A stretch of DNA of 63,880 nt, filler included, from Vannella sp. (GCA_023345925.1; 7 parts of 7 records of this genome joined end to end with filler, not necessarily neighbours in it); one strand, 5' to 3'. Positions 48,689 to 60,036 are shown, counted from the first letter of the whole stretch. Made by a program: numbers and translations. The notes: generated from the letters alone by a model not told the origin.

Positions 48689-49477
48689 ACCTGTACACCC
48701 CTGGTGGTCTTCTCGATCACATCCTCTCGACTCGTTCTATCAAGCTGGGCTACTTCCAAGCCTTGGCTATCCTCCCTTCCTTCAAGGTGGAGAACGGCGC
48801 TCACTTCCGGTTTCTATCCCGAGCTGGCCAAGGCGTTGATGTCTCGCGTTGCTGACCACTATGACATCTCTGACATTTCCATTGAATGGGTCTCCATTGC
48901 AGCAGCAGCTGACTTCTACCCCAGACACGTGGCTGGAGACTACGACGTCATCTTCATGGATCTCTTCAAGTACGCGATGTGGAGCGCTCCTGTCGCAGAA
49001 CGAAGCCAGCTTTGGGACTTCTCTTGCGCCACACTCTCTGCCAAACCGATACGTTACTACGTCTGCCCTCTGGCCGTCTCCGACGGCATCAACACCGCTT
49101 CGCCCTCCACCATCGATGGCCCTTCCACCTCCGTCGGGTTCATCGGAGGAGGTGCACAAGAGGCTCAAGCAAGAAGGAACTTCCCACGCTCTGACTTGAG
49201 AGTGATCGCTGACATCACCACTTTGGTGGATTTGTGCAAGAACAGCGGCATTGACATCGTTGTTGAGCTTCCCAGCCGAGCAGAGGCTGCTTTGAAGGGT
49301 ATTTACTCTTCCAGTGGCCCCATCGGAGCAGGTAACAGCGTTGGTGCCGCCTTCCGCAAGGATCGCCTCGTTGCAGCCCCCACACCCAATCTCGCCACCG
49401 TACAAGACAGCAACAGCAGTGCCTCCTTCTCCCTCCTCCACGTCCTGCTTCTGGCCACTCTCCTGGCTCTCTTCTAA
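48689..49477 (+). CDS. 5'-truncated surface protein resembling type-2 periplasmic solute-binding (SBP family 3-like) fold, with GPI-like tail
   Basis: SGFYPELAKAL...IEWV...GDYDVI...ERSQLWDFS pattern; C-terminus SNSSASFSLLHVLLLATLLALF. Confidence 0.6.
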   Translation, partial: TCTPLVVFSITSSRLVLSSWATSKPWLSSLPSRWRTALTSGFYPELAKALMSRVADHYDISDISIEWVSIAAAADFYPRHVAGDYDVIFMDLFKYAMWSAPVAERSQLWDFSCATLSAKPIRYYVCPLAVSDGINTASPSTIDGPSTSVGFIGGGAQEAQARRNFPRSDLRVIADITTLVDLCKNSGIDIVVELPSRAEAALKGIYSSSGPIGAGNSVGAAFRKDRLVAAPTPNLATVQDSNSSASFSLLHVLLLATLLALF

Positions 49478-49592
49478 GAAGACTCGCTAAAGATTGGTCC
49501 AATACGGACCTCTTCTCCTCCCAGGCCCTCCTTCTCCCCCAAGGGAGGCTTCTTCTTGGTTACATTTGATTGCATTTGATTGGGAGGCGGTG

Positions 49593-51080
49593 ATGGTGAA
49601 AGGCAAGAAGACCGGAAAACGGAAGGTGGCGAAGCAGGCTTCGCTTCCTCCGCTGGAACAGTTGGTGTTGAAGCTTCACTTCACAGGTGAGCTTGTACGT
49701 GGGTTTCGACCGGATCTGATCCGCTTGGAGAGCGGACTGGATGGGCGCGGGCGGGGTTACTTGGCGTGTGAGGCGATCCCTGCTGGGAAGCTGGTGCATC
49801 GATCAGCAGGGTATATCTTCTCTCCTACTGCGCCTCCTGCTGCGTTCCTTTCTTCAGTCCCGAAGGAGAAGCAACTCTCCGTCCATTTGCTCTCGCAGTT
49901 CGTGGACCGTCTGGAGGATGCCAGCTTCCCTACTACTCACCTTCACCGTCTCCTGAGTGAAGTGGTATGGAAAGGTCTTCAGCCTCAGAACCTGGACGAG
50001 TGGGAGGGAGCACAAACTCCTGAATCTCGCCTCATCGCCGAGTTGTACTGCCAAGCGACTGGGAGACCCAAAGAGCAGGTCGATAAGCTCGCACGCTTAG
50101 GTCTGATCGCTGTAGTCAACTCTCATCAAGTCCATTACGAGTTCGCCCAGCAAGTGAGCGATGATTGGGGTGTTTTCCCTTCTGCTTCGTTCTTCAATCA
50201 CTCTTGCTGGCCCAACTGCACTGCATTCTATTCCAAACAGACCAACGAGTTCTGGGTTCAGAGTATCAGAGACATAGCGCCAGGAGAGGAGCTCTCCATC
50301 AACTATGTCAGTCTTTATCTCCCTCGAGATGAGCGGATGTCCAAGCTTAGCCTTCAGTATGAGTTTGTGTGCAACTGCAGCAAGTGCAAGAGAGAGTGCA
50401 ACCGTATTGATGACTATTTGGAGGGTTTTAACTGCCCCAAAGAGGGCTGCAATGGTGCATTCCTTATGCAAGTGATTCCCGGTGACTACACTGACCGTGT
50501 ACCAGCCAGCGCTCTCTTCCTAAAGTGCACTCGCTGCGCTTTCCAAGAGAACAGCTCAGATGTAGCTGAGGAGCACCGGATAGCCATGGAAGGGATCATC
50601 TCGAAAGTAAGCCAGGTTCAAGCCGGGGCAAACGAGAAGGGTTTGGAGGAGCTCGGTCAGATTCTCTCTGCTGTTGAGAAAGAGATTAAGCAGTGGCTGC
50701 ATCCCTTCCATTCGTATGCGTTCCAGATGAAGATGGCGCGCGCCAAGCTCCAAAAGTATATTACAATGATCGATTCCGCTACCCAAGAGGATGTTATCGT
50801 TCAGGAAGGTGAATCTGAGGCCCTTGCCAAGCGCAGACACAACTTGGAGCGTCTTTTGGATGCTCTGGAGCAGGTGAACAAACTATCTGCAGTCATCTTC
50901 CCTCCCAACCATCCCCAACGAGCCCACATCCTTTTGGACATGGGGAATGTTAACAGCATTCTCGACCGCCCTGCACTTGGCAAGAAATTCATCACTCAAG
51001 GCTTGCAGATTCTCACAATCTCGCGGGGCGAGCAAATCGCCAAACAGCAACTCCAAAAACTGTTCTCCACGGAGCGCTAG
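49593..51080 (+). CDS. SMYD-like SET-domain lysine methyltransferase with helical C-terminus
   Basis: GRGRGYLA, FFNHSCWPN, GEELSINY, post-SET FVCNCSKC. No MYND finger seen. Confidence 0.88.
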   Translation: MVKGKKTGKRKVAKQASLPPLEQLVLKLHFTGELVRGFRPDLIRLESGLDGRGRGYLACEAIPAGKLVHRSAGYIFSPTAPPAAFLSSVPKEKQLSVHLLSQFVDRLEDASFPTTHLHRLLSEVVWKGLQPQNLDEWEGAQTPESRLIAELYCQATGRPKEQVDKLARLGLIAVVNSHQVHYEFAQQVSDDWGVFPSASFFNHSCWPNCTAFYSKQTNEFWVQSIRDIAPGEELSINYVSLYLPRDERMSKLSLQYEFVCNCSKCKRECNRIDDYLEGFNCPKEGCNGAFLMQVIPGDYTDRVPASALFLKCTRCAFQENSSDVAEEHRIAMEGIISKVSQVQAGANEKGLEELGQILSAVEKEIKQWLHPFHSYAFQMKMARAKLQKYITMIDSATQEDVIVQEGESEALAKRRHNLERLLDALEQVNKLSAVIFPPNHPQRAHILLDMGNVNSILDRPALGKKFITQGLQILTISRGEQIAKQQLQKLFSTER

Positions 51081-51506
51081 AGCAAGCAGCTGTTCCCAAA
51101 CTGGCTTTCCTCGTGCCATCATCAGTACCCGCCCTTTTCAGAAAAGTGGTATTCCAGATATACACTTTACTTCTCGCTCCCACCCTTTCAAGGAACCTCC
51201 AGATTACTCCAAGCCAGTCAGTTGGTGTAAAGGAGAATTGTTTTAGTCGAGGGACTGGTTGCGGTGAACTTCTCTCTCTTGGCTGCCTTAAGTAGCTATG
51301 CAGTAGAGGACCAGAGTCCCTATGGACCCATACGCCTGGTTTTAAAGGCCACAGGAGTGACAAGTTGGGTTCTTCGAAAGGAGCCAAGACTTACGAGTTG
51401 GTAGCTCCCCTTTGCTTCACCATGGGCTCATTCTACTTTGGAACCCTTCACATAGGACTACTGGATGTAAGAAGAAGGCCAAGTTGATGAAACAAGTCAT
51501 TTCTTG

Positions 51507-54496
51507 ATGTTCTCGCGGGGATGCTCGCGCCTTGGGGCTCTCCGATGGCTGCCCTTCGTAAGGAGGGTATCGTTAGTGAATGATGTGGGCATTGTGACAA
51601 GGAGCATGTGCTCCCTCTCGATCTCTCAGCTGGGAGGCCAAGAGCAAGAGCATCGCGTGATTCTGGAGAGGATTTGGAGGGAGAAGGGCGGTGACCAGAG
51701 CTTGCAAGACTGGTGGTACAAGACTCCTCTCGTAGGTCTTCGTCGATGTGGTGCTGGACCTGTTCTACGTCACTACCCGTCGATCAAGGAGTGCCTTTCT
51801 CAAGGTGAGCGGATTCGCCTTGCTATTAGGAGGAATCTCAGCTTGTGTAGTCTATCCTGAGCACGAATGGGATCCCTTTCACTTTACACACAAGCCTAGA
51901 CACTTTTGGGACTCACTGGACAACCAACGAGAGTACATGAAGCGATTGGAAAGTCATTTCCACGTCAAAGAACCGAAAGACTGGCTTTCTGTCAATGTTG
52001 CACACTTCACAAAGGAAGGAGGACTCACCCTCTTCCGAAAACATCCCTCATTTCAAGCTCTCCTCCGGGCAATGTACCCAGAAGAGTCTTGGGATGCCTT
52101 TCAATGTCGGACACCTCGCCGCTATTGGGAAGATAGCGGCAATGTGAGGGCTTTTTTAGAGGGCTTTGCAAAGAAGAAAGGAATGCTGCAGCCCGAAGAC
52201 TGGCTTTCTGTCTCCCACGGAAGCATTAAAGAAGTTCCTGGAGGAAGCGGATTCCTTTCGTGGTACAACTACTCGCTGATAAGGGCTCTGGAGATGGCGT
52301 ATCCCGAAGTGTCTTGGCGTCAAATGAAAGATGAGAAGCTTTCTGTCAAAGCTGCAGCAAAGGAGCCTCTCATGAACGTGGCAGAGATGCGCCAAACTTT
52401 TGATGCCATCGGCAAGGAATTGGGTGTCCAACACCTTGATGACTGGTACAAAGTCTCAGTTTCTGATATTAAGAAGCGCTCCAGCTTCATCCGTAAGTTC
52501 CCGAACAAACTGGAATGCTTCCGGACTGGTGAGTCTCTCCGATGAACCAACCCGTTGGCTCACTTTTGGGAGTGCCACAGTGTATCCAGAGCATAACTGG
52601 AATGCACTTATGTTTGACAGGGTTCCCAATCGGTGTTGGGCGGATCCTTTGGTGCAAAAACAGTTCTTTGAAACTGTCAAAGTGACGCTCGGAATCGAGA
52701 CAGAAGGACTCCTTGCTGTACCAACAAAGGAGTTCTGTCGCTTGGGTGGAACGGGACTGATGAAAGCGAATAAGAGCCGTAAATATGACGTTATTCTGGC
52801 AGGTAAGACAGAGCTAACTGTCAGTTACAGTCACATCTCACCTCCTTGGACAGTTTATCCAGAGCTTAACTCACAAGCTTCAGTGGCTCAGCAAGATCCA
52901 GAATACTGGAAAGATCTGGAACGTACAAAGGGCCTTCTAGAAAGGATTCAAGGGCAATTGAAGATTTCTTCTCCGCAGGATTGGGACAAGGTGTCCATTC
53001 GTTGTTTCACTGAATTGGGAGGTGGACCAATGCTGCGCTCTTTCGGCAGCTTGCGGGCAGTTCTGTCAGCGGGTACGTGCTAATGAATCACTCCGCCTTT
53101 TAACAGGTCAGAATAGTTTACCCCAATCAGGATTGGGCGCATCTTTCGCAGCACGTTCCAAACGGCTACTGGAAGATGCATTCCCACCAGCTCCAGTATT
53201 TCAGAAAAGTAATGGAAAAGGAACACCTTTCATCTCCATTGGAGCTGAAAGACGTTTCCAGGCAGACTCTCTTCGATTTGGGAGGAAGAACTCTCATTAA
53301 CTCTTTCCCTAGCTATTACGACTGTCTCACAACAGGTTGGGCTTCGCGTCACTAACTCCACTGAATCTAACTGGGTCTCAGTGTTTCCAGAAGAGCCTTG
53401 GAATGTTTTCGACTTCCCAAGTCTTCCTCGATCGTTTTGGAAGCAGAAAGAGAATCACAGAAAGTATTTGGACTGGCTTGGTAAGAAGCACAACATCCAA
53501 TCACCACAGGATTGGCAACGCGTTTCCGTGGATGACTTGAAAAAGTCGCGCGGCTACAAATTGCTTCAATTCTATGACAGTTTCTTCAGCGCCTTGCAAA
53601 AGAACTATCCGGAACACCACTGGGATGTTTTTGAGACTCGAAGAAACGTCCCCCGGAACTACTGGAAGGATCACAATAACTGCCGACTCTTTCTCGACCA
53701 ATTTGTGAAAACTCATAACATCTCCACTGCAGAGAACTGGTCGCGCATCAGCAAGGTAGATATCATCAACTTTGGTGGCTCAGGTCTACTTTATCGTACT
53801 GGCTTTATCGCGATGATTCGGGAGTATTATCCGGAGATGAATTGGAAGAACATTGTTATTCCTACCCGACTTCCAGCAGGACACTGGGATGATGATGATA
53901 ACATCCACCAATTCATCAAACAATTTGAAAAAGACTTTCGAGTTAGACGGCCGAGTGACTGGCTCCGTATCTCGTCCAAACAAGTGCGCGACGAAGGCGG
54001 TCAAAGTCTCTTGAAGAAGTTTGGAGGCCTCTTTCATCTGTGCCAGTGGCTACATCCCGAACATGAATGGGATGAAGCTGACTTTAAGAGCCGTGACAAA
54101 CGCTCTGTCCAACGCCTCTTGTTCGTCCAATTGCAAGAGATCTTCGCCGGGCAGGAGCTTGTGGAAGAGTTCATCCATGATGGTCTAACAAGGAGACTGG
54201 GCCGTGCAGTTGAGTTTGATGTGTACCTTCCTGACCACCAAATTGGCATCGAATACCACGGTCGCCATCATTACGACGACATTCCCTCCTTTGGGATGCT
54301 CGAAATGTACCAAACGCGCGACACCGAGAAGATCACCCTCTGCCAAGAGTCCAACATCACACTAGTGGTCATTCCTTTCTGGTGGGACTGCTCCATTGAC
54401 AGTCTCTGTGGCACTTTAGGACCCCTTTTGGCCGACCGATTCCCCCAAACCTTTCCGAGGCCCTTCAATTGTCCCATCAGCCTAGTGCCCCATTAA
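51507..54496 (+). CDS. Ten-repeat array + Vsr/DUF559/RAP-like nuclease-fold protein (~916 aa), putative mitochondrial presequence; exons 51507-51804, 51851-52528, 52581-52802, 52854-53072, 53117-53335, 53382-54496
   Basis: Five GT-AG introns join four ORF-track fragments plus one missed exon into a single frame. C-terminus EFDVYLPDHQIGIEYHGRHHY...RDTEKITLC...ITLVVIPFWW. Confidence 0.85.
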
Positions 54497-54559
54497 ATAT
54501 TATTTTAATGCTAATTTTAAGGTCAGAATCGTTGAAGGACCATTTTTTGGGGTGGCGAG

Positions 54560-55241
54560 ATGGTGAGCTTGCTCCAGGAAGGGGAAAGGAGCGGGATTGA
54601 CGGGAACCGCGCAGATCCACTTTGTGTTGTTGCTTAACCGTCAAGGCAAGGTGCGACTGACCAAGTGGTACTCTCCTTTCAGCCAGAAGGAGAGAAAGAG
54701 GACTGTTCGGGAGGCTACCTCACGGTATGCGTCTCCTTCCGCTTGTTTTGAAGCTGCTAACTCTCAGCGGTCGATGTTGTAGAGTTCTGGGTCGTCCAGA
54801 TCGTCTCTGTAACTTCATAGACTGGCGAGACTACACGCTCGTCTACAAACGGTGAGTTTGCCCCTTTCAGGAGCGCTGTTGGCTCATAAGCACGCGAAGG
54901 TACGCGAGTCTGTACTTTGTCTTCTGTGTGGACAAGAACACCAACGAGCTGATCATGCTGGAGACCATTCACAAGTATGTTCTGGCTTTGGACCGCTATT
55001 ACGAGTGCGTGTGCGAGCTGGACATCATCTATGGCTTCGACCAAGCCTTCTACATTCTCGACGAGTTCATCATGGCCGGTGAGGTGCAGGAGACGAGCAC
55101 ACGGCTCATCCTCAAGCACATCTACGACCAAAACGTTCTTGAGAAAGCTGAGGTGCGTCGCTCGCCTCGTCTCGGGGGAGCTGTCACTAACACAAGTTAC
55201 CGTAGGGGAAGAAGACTGGTCTGGCAGCTATCATGTCCTAA
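54560..55241 (+). CDS. Adaptor complex sigma subunit, most like AP-1 sigma (multi-exon; first exon is ATG only)
   Basis: MIHFVLLLNRQGKVRLTKWYSP, VYKRYASLYF, NELIMLETIH, VCELDII. Confidence 0.9.
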
Positions 55242-55786
55242 ACGCCCCGTCCTGGTGGATAAGACCAGTCTTCTCGCGTACAAATGAAGGATTTCCTTTT
55301 CTTTTGTCCTTCCTAGCTGCGCACCTCTCCGTACGGGGCTGTTCTTCGGTATGAAGTCAAAGCGGCTCCGTTCTTTATTGGCTCATGCCCAAGAGAAGGA
55401 GCCATACTCAAGGAAATGAGAAGTTGAAGAGAGAAGGGGAGAAGAGGCCGACTCCCATCTCTTGAGAACGAAACGTACGAGTTACATTCATTGAAGTGGT
55501 TACTTCCAAAGTCGTATGACTCCTTCTTCACCTGCAGTGGCCAGGAACCGGTCCTGACAATGGCCAATCAGACAACTCAATCGCGTGGTTGGTTGCTTTG
55601 TTTTGCTTTTGTGTGGGCTTGAGAGAGCGGTGTTATAGAGACCAAGTTTGCAATCACATTGATGTGTTGCACTTGGGCCAAATGTCATTTTGGCGGGAAA
55701 TCAAAGAGTAGCAGAGGCCGCAATTTGCCTCTTTTTCTTCTCCACTTGAGTAGGTACTCTTTTTCTTCTCCACTTGGTACCTGCCC

Positions 55787-56290
55787 ATGTCCTCTGAGGA
55801 AGCCATTCCTCTCCCAAATCTTGACATCAAGCAACTTCGTCGTCTAATGGGTGAAATCATTACTTTTAGTTCAACAGGCGATAACGAGTTCCACCTCAAG
55901 CACAAGATCTTACGGATTGTTGAAGACTTTGATATGCCTGCAACTGTTGGGCATGCTGAGATTCTGAAACAACTGAAGAAGTTGAACACCAACATGACTG
56001 AAATGCACGCCACGCTCATCCGCCGAACCAGTCTTCAACACCGCAAGAACCAAAAGGGTGGAAACACCATTCACTTGGTTCCTCTGCCGAGTGGAAGAAT
56101 CCCTCAACTCGAGCCTTTTTTTGGTGACATTGCCCCCACCAGCAACGTCAAGTCCATGACCAACCCCCAGCTAGATGCTGCATTGAAGGTCTACGGTATC
56201 CACTCTGTGCCTGAAAAGGAGCGCTTGGACTACTTCCTGCAACTTCTCGGTTACCCAGTAGAACTGGACAGAGAGGACGAAGATGAGTGA
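55787..56290 (+). CDS. Hypothetical protein, C-terminus resembling Mug135-like/DUF1773 domain
   Basis: Short coiled coil, then LVPLPSGRIP...QLDAALKVYG...LQLLG. Family assignment from memory of the motif only. Confidence 0.5.
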   Translation: MSSEEAIPLPNLDIKQLRRLMGEIITFSSTGDNEFHLKHKILRIVEDFDMPATVGHAEILKQLKKLNTNMTEMHATLIRRTSLQHRKNQKGGNTIHLVPLPSGRIPQLEPFFGDIAPTSNVKSMTNPQLDAALKVYGIHSVPEKERLDYFLQLLGYPVELDREDEDE

Positions 56291-56785
56291 TTGATGCGCT
56301 CATTGGCATCTGGCAGGTCCGAAACTCATTCTGAATAAACCCCATTTCCAAAACTCGTGTTTGCATGGAGAAAATCCTCGGAGCCAGGCGACCACCTGCG
56401 CAAAGAGGACCTTCACAAAAGGGCCCCATAATTGATGGCGACTGGATGGAATCGTATTTTTATATGTTTTTAGATTTTCAACTTTCTGTGTCCAACTGCA
56501 CAATCGGTCGCTCAGGCTCGTGGATTCTCTCTGAGTGTCCTGATGACCTCCGCCCCTTCAGGATAAGCTTTTGGTCTGATTTCATTTTTTGACTTCTGGG
56601 TGCTCCAAAGTCAAATGAGGAGAGTCATCTCCACTCACTCGTAGTGACTTTTCGGTCGCTGTTCCAGAAGATGCTCTTGGTTCGTCCAATGTGGAGACAT
56701 TCCAGACGGTGAAGCCAACCGAGGTCAGGCAGCAAAAGGATAAACGGGGTCAGAGAAGGAGGTGGAACGAGTTTATCGCGGCTTC

Positions 56786-58629
56786 TTACATGCGGAAGAT
56801 GCCAAACTGCGTCGGCTCAATGGGAGCGTTAAGAGAAGAGGAAAGGGCGAGGCCGAGAACACTGCGGGTGTCCTGGGGAGCGATGACACCGTCGTCCCAA
56901 AGGCGAGCAGAGGCGTGGTAGGGATGGCCTTCGCTGTCGTACTTGGCGCGGATAGGGTTCTTGAAGTCCTCTTCCTCTTGAGCAGGCCACTCCTTTCCAC
57001 TGCGCTCGAGCTTGTCGCGATGGACAGTCGCCAGAACGGAAGCGGCTTGTTCTCCTCCCATCACCGAAATGCGCGCATTTGGCCACATCCAAAGGAAGCG
57101 AGGGCTGTAGGCACGTCCACACATACCATAGTTACCCGCACCAAAGCTTCCACCGATCAGAACAGTGAACTTGGGCACATTCGCGCACGAGACGGCGGTC
57201 ACCATCTTCGCTCCGTTCTTGGCGATGCCGCCTTCTTCATAGGACTTGCCTACCATGAAGCCAGTGATGTTCTGGAGGAACACCAAAGGAATGCCGCGTT
57301 GGGAGCACAGTTCGATGAAGTGAGCGCCTTTCAAAGCGCTCTCGGAGAAGAGAATGCCGTTGTTTGCCACGATACCAACGGGCATACCGTGGATGTGGGC
57401 GAAACCAGTGACTAGAGTCTCTCCGTAATGCTTCTTGAACTCGTTGAACTCGCTACCGTCCACCAGACGCGCGATAATCTCGCGCACATCGAAGGGGATG
57501 CGCGTGTCCGCTGGGATGATGCCAGGTAGCTCGTCTGCCGAGTACAAGGGCTCTTTGGGTGCTTGAAGCTTCACCTTAACGAGAGTAGTGAGCCAAAGGC
57601 AGTACTATGAAGCTGCACGACGTACCAACTTAGGTTTCTCGTAGTTAAGAGTGGAAACGATCTGTCGGGCGATAGCGAGAGCATGAGGATCATCTGTCGC
57701 CAAGTGGTCTGTCACACCAGACACCTTGCAATGCAGATCAGCGCCTCCCAAGTCCTCCGCGGAAACAACTTCGCCAGTCGCTGCCTTCACCAAAGGAGGG
57801 CCTCCCAAGAAGATGGTGCCTGTCTTACGGACGATGATCGACTCATCTGCCATGGCAGGGATGTAAGCACCTCCTGCAGTGCAGCTGCCCATCACAACAG
57901 CAATCTGAGGGATGCCTTTGCCGGACATGCGAGCTTGGTTGAAGAAGATCCGTCCAAAGTGATCGCGGTCGGGGAACACCTCATCTTGGCGAGGTAAGAA
58001 GGCGCCACCAGAGTCGACAAGGTACAAGCAAGGCAAGCGGTTCTGCTCAGCAATCTCCTGCGCTCGCAGGTGCTTCTTCACGGTAATGGGATAGTACGTG
58101 CCTCCTTTAACAGTTGCATCGTTTGCTACGATCATGCACTCGCGCCCATGGATGAGCCCAACGCCAGTAACGATGCTGCCTGCAGGCACGTCGTCTTCGT
58201 ACAGCTTGTAGCCTGCAAGGGGAGACAATTCCAAGAAGGGAGAGCTACAGGGGTATTAGCAAACGAAAGGGAAGGCTCTACAGGCCGTACCCAGTGTCCA
58301 GCAAGCCCTGGATTCGCTCGCGAGCCAGAAGCTTTCCCCGCTTCTTGTGAAGGGAACGGGCTTTCTCATCGCCTCCCAGTTCGATCCGAGTAACCTCCTT
58401 ACGTAGATCCTCGATCTGCATGTTCAAAGCTGCTGCATTGTCCTGCATCAACGAGTTACAACACATCCCTCCCCAACGCGACCCAAACTACCTTAAACGC
58501 CTGAGAGCTCGTGTTCACATGAGTAGGCAACACATTCAGAGAGTCCGCATGCTGGGAAAGAAAGCCAGCCGAAGCCACCCGCCACAACCCCACCGAAGGA
58601 GCCCGAAGAAGCCTCCCCGCAGCCAGCAT
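56786..58629 (-). CDS. MCCC2: Methylcrotonoyl-CoA carboxylase beta subunit, mitochondrial (4 exons)
   Basis: [59 protein letters not shown]; Arg-rich presequence. Confidence 0.96.
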
Positions 58630-58657
58630 CGAAAGAATGAGCCCGCCAGGCCCTCCA

Positions 58658-58757
58658 NNNNNNNNNNNNNNNNNNNNNNNNNNNNNNNNNNNNNNNNNNN
58701 NTTAATTAATTAANNNNNNNNNNNNNNNNNNNNNNNNNNNNNNNNNNNNNNNNNNNN
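58658..58757. other. Artificial contig linker
   Basis: N44-TTAATTAATTAA-N44. Confidence 0.99.
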
Positions 58758-58805
58758 ATCATCCAAGAAAAAAAAAAAGGTTTTGAAAAACTTGGGTGGA
58801 ACGCG

Positions 58806-59538
58806 TTAAAAGAAGAGTGAATGGATCAGCACTTGCGCTCCAAAGGACAAGGGAAGGCCGATACATTGGTTCAAAGGAGAGGAAGTCGATTCCCTCGCCA
58901 CGCAGATATCCGAGAAGTAGAACATCTCTGCGCTTAGTACGCGCCACAGTACACCAGGGTAGACTTGGGCGATGGTTTACCAGCTGCCATTCGTCTGTTC
59001 GTACACGTGGCCGAGGTTTCCGATGGCTAAGACCACCATCAAGGTGATGACGGAGATGTACGCAACGATGGACATCCCATGAGGTACGCAGACCTGTTGT
59101 TGGGGTCCTTGGCCAAAGCAGCTTGACGTAGCGTCTGCCAGATGATGAAGGAGCGAGGAACCAACAAGAGGAGTCCCAGAAGGACCCAGTTGAGGCTGAT
59201 GGGAAGGCTGAGAGAGCTCCCAATGTAACACAAGTGGCCCAGAAGGAAGCTAGCAAGGCCAGCAAGGAAGAAATGCCTCGTCTTGGACAGAAGAAAGACG
59301 TCACCATTGTCCCAAGCACAAGTCCTAGGGCAATCCACGGCGCTGTGACGTCGCCACTTTCCAAGATGCCACGCGAAAGGGCTACAAGCAGGAAAGAGAA
59401 GCGCAGCACTTACTCACTACCAAAGTGTGAGAAAGAGAAGCCCCCTCGTCCAGCTCTCGGCCGAAATCTCTGTCCGTCAACTAACAACAGAACTCCCACG
59501 CTCACTCCACACATGGCTACGAAGGGCTCCGCACCCAT
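58806..59538 (-). pseudogene. Disrupted YhhN/TMEM86 (lysoplasmalogenase-like) gene
   Basis: Family motifs GDVFL, FLAGLASFLLGHLCY, AYISVITLM and FYFSD are spread over different frames, with an in-frame TAA and no plausible introns at the breaks. Confidence 0.7.
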
Positions 59539-60036
59539 TTCCACGTAATGGCAACGCGGTTTGCCACTGACTAATCCAACATTGTTCTAATCGAAGATTA
59601 TTGCTTGCAGTCACCAAAACTGGAACTGTCAGAACAGTGTATCCAGAAACTCTCTGGGAAGGTGCACCTTGGAACCCTCATCCAGTCCTGTCTACCAATG
59701 AGACGTTGACTGCCTTTTGTCATCCTGAAGGATTGGCTTCTTGGTAGGGTCGATGATTGCCCTCCAATCCAAACCCTAAAGAAGCCAGCTTCAGTTACAA
59801 ATCTGCTGTTAACAAACATGTCGAAGATCTCAAGATACGAGCGATGTTCGGACACAACGAGGATTAGCAATCACGACCTGGCAGAGTTTTCTCTTCTTGA
59901 AGCTGGTGATGATTACTCCAGATCATCTTATTCAATTGACGCCAAGAACCGTTCTCGTAGAATCTAAATGAAGATTCTTCCAATGTAATCAATCCGGAAG
60001 TTTAGTAATCAAGACAAATGATTATAGTGAGTTCTC

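Noticed and set aside
55364..55410. Hairpin (ggctcc...ggagcc) as an H/ACA snoRNA
   Set aside because: No proper ANANNA box or second hairpin with ACA found; no tRNA or rRNA was recognised anywhere in the window.
55500..55570. WD40-like peptide FLATAGEEGVIRLWK
   Set aside because: Only one repeat-like fragment with no supportable gene model.
56762..57415. 217-aa plus-strand ORF
   Set aside because: Antisense to highly conserved MCCC2 and has no motifs.
5025..58757. Six identical TTAATTAATTAA elements as a biological repeat
   Set aside because: Each is centred in exactly 100 nt with N padding, so it is an assembly concatenation linker. Gene neighbourhoods across them were not interpreted.
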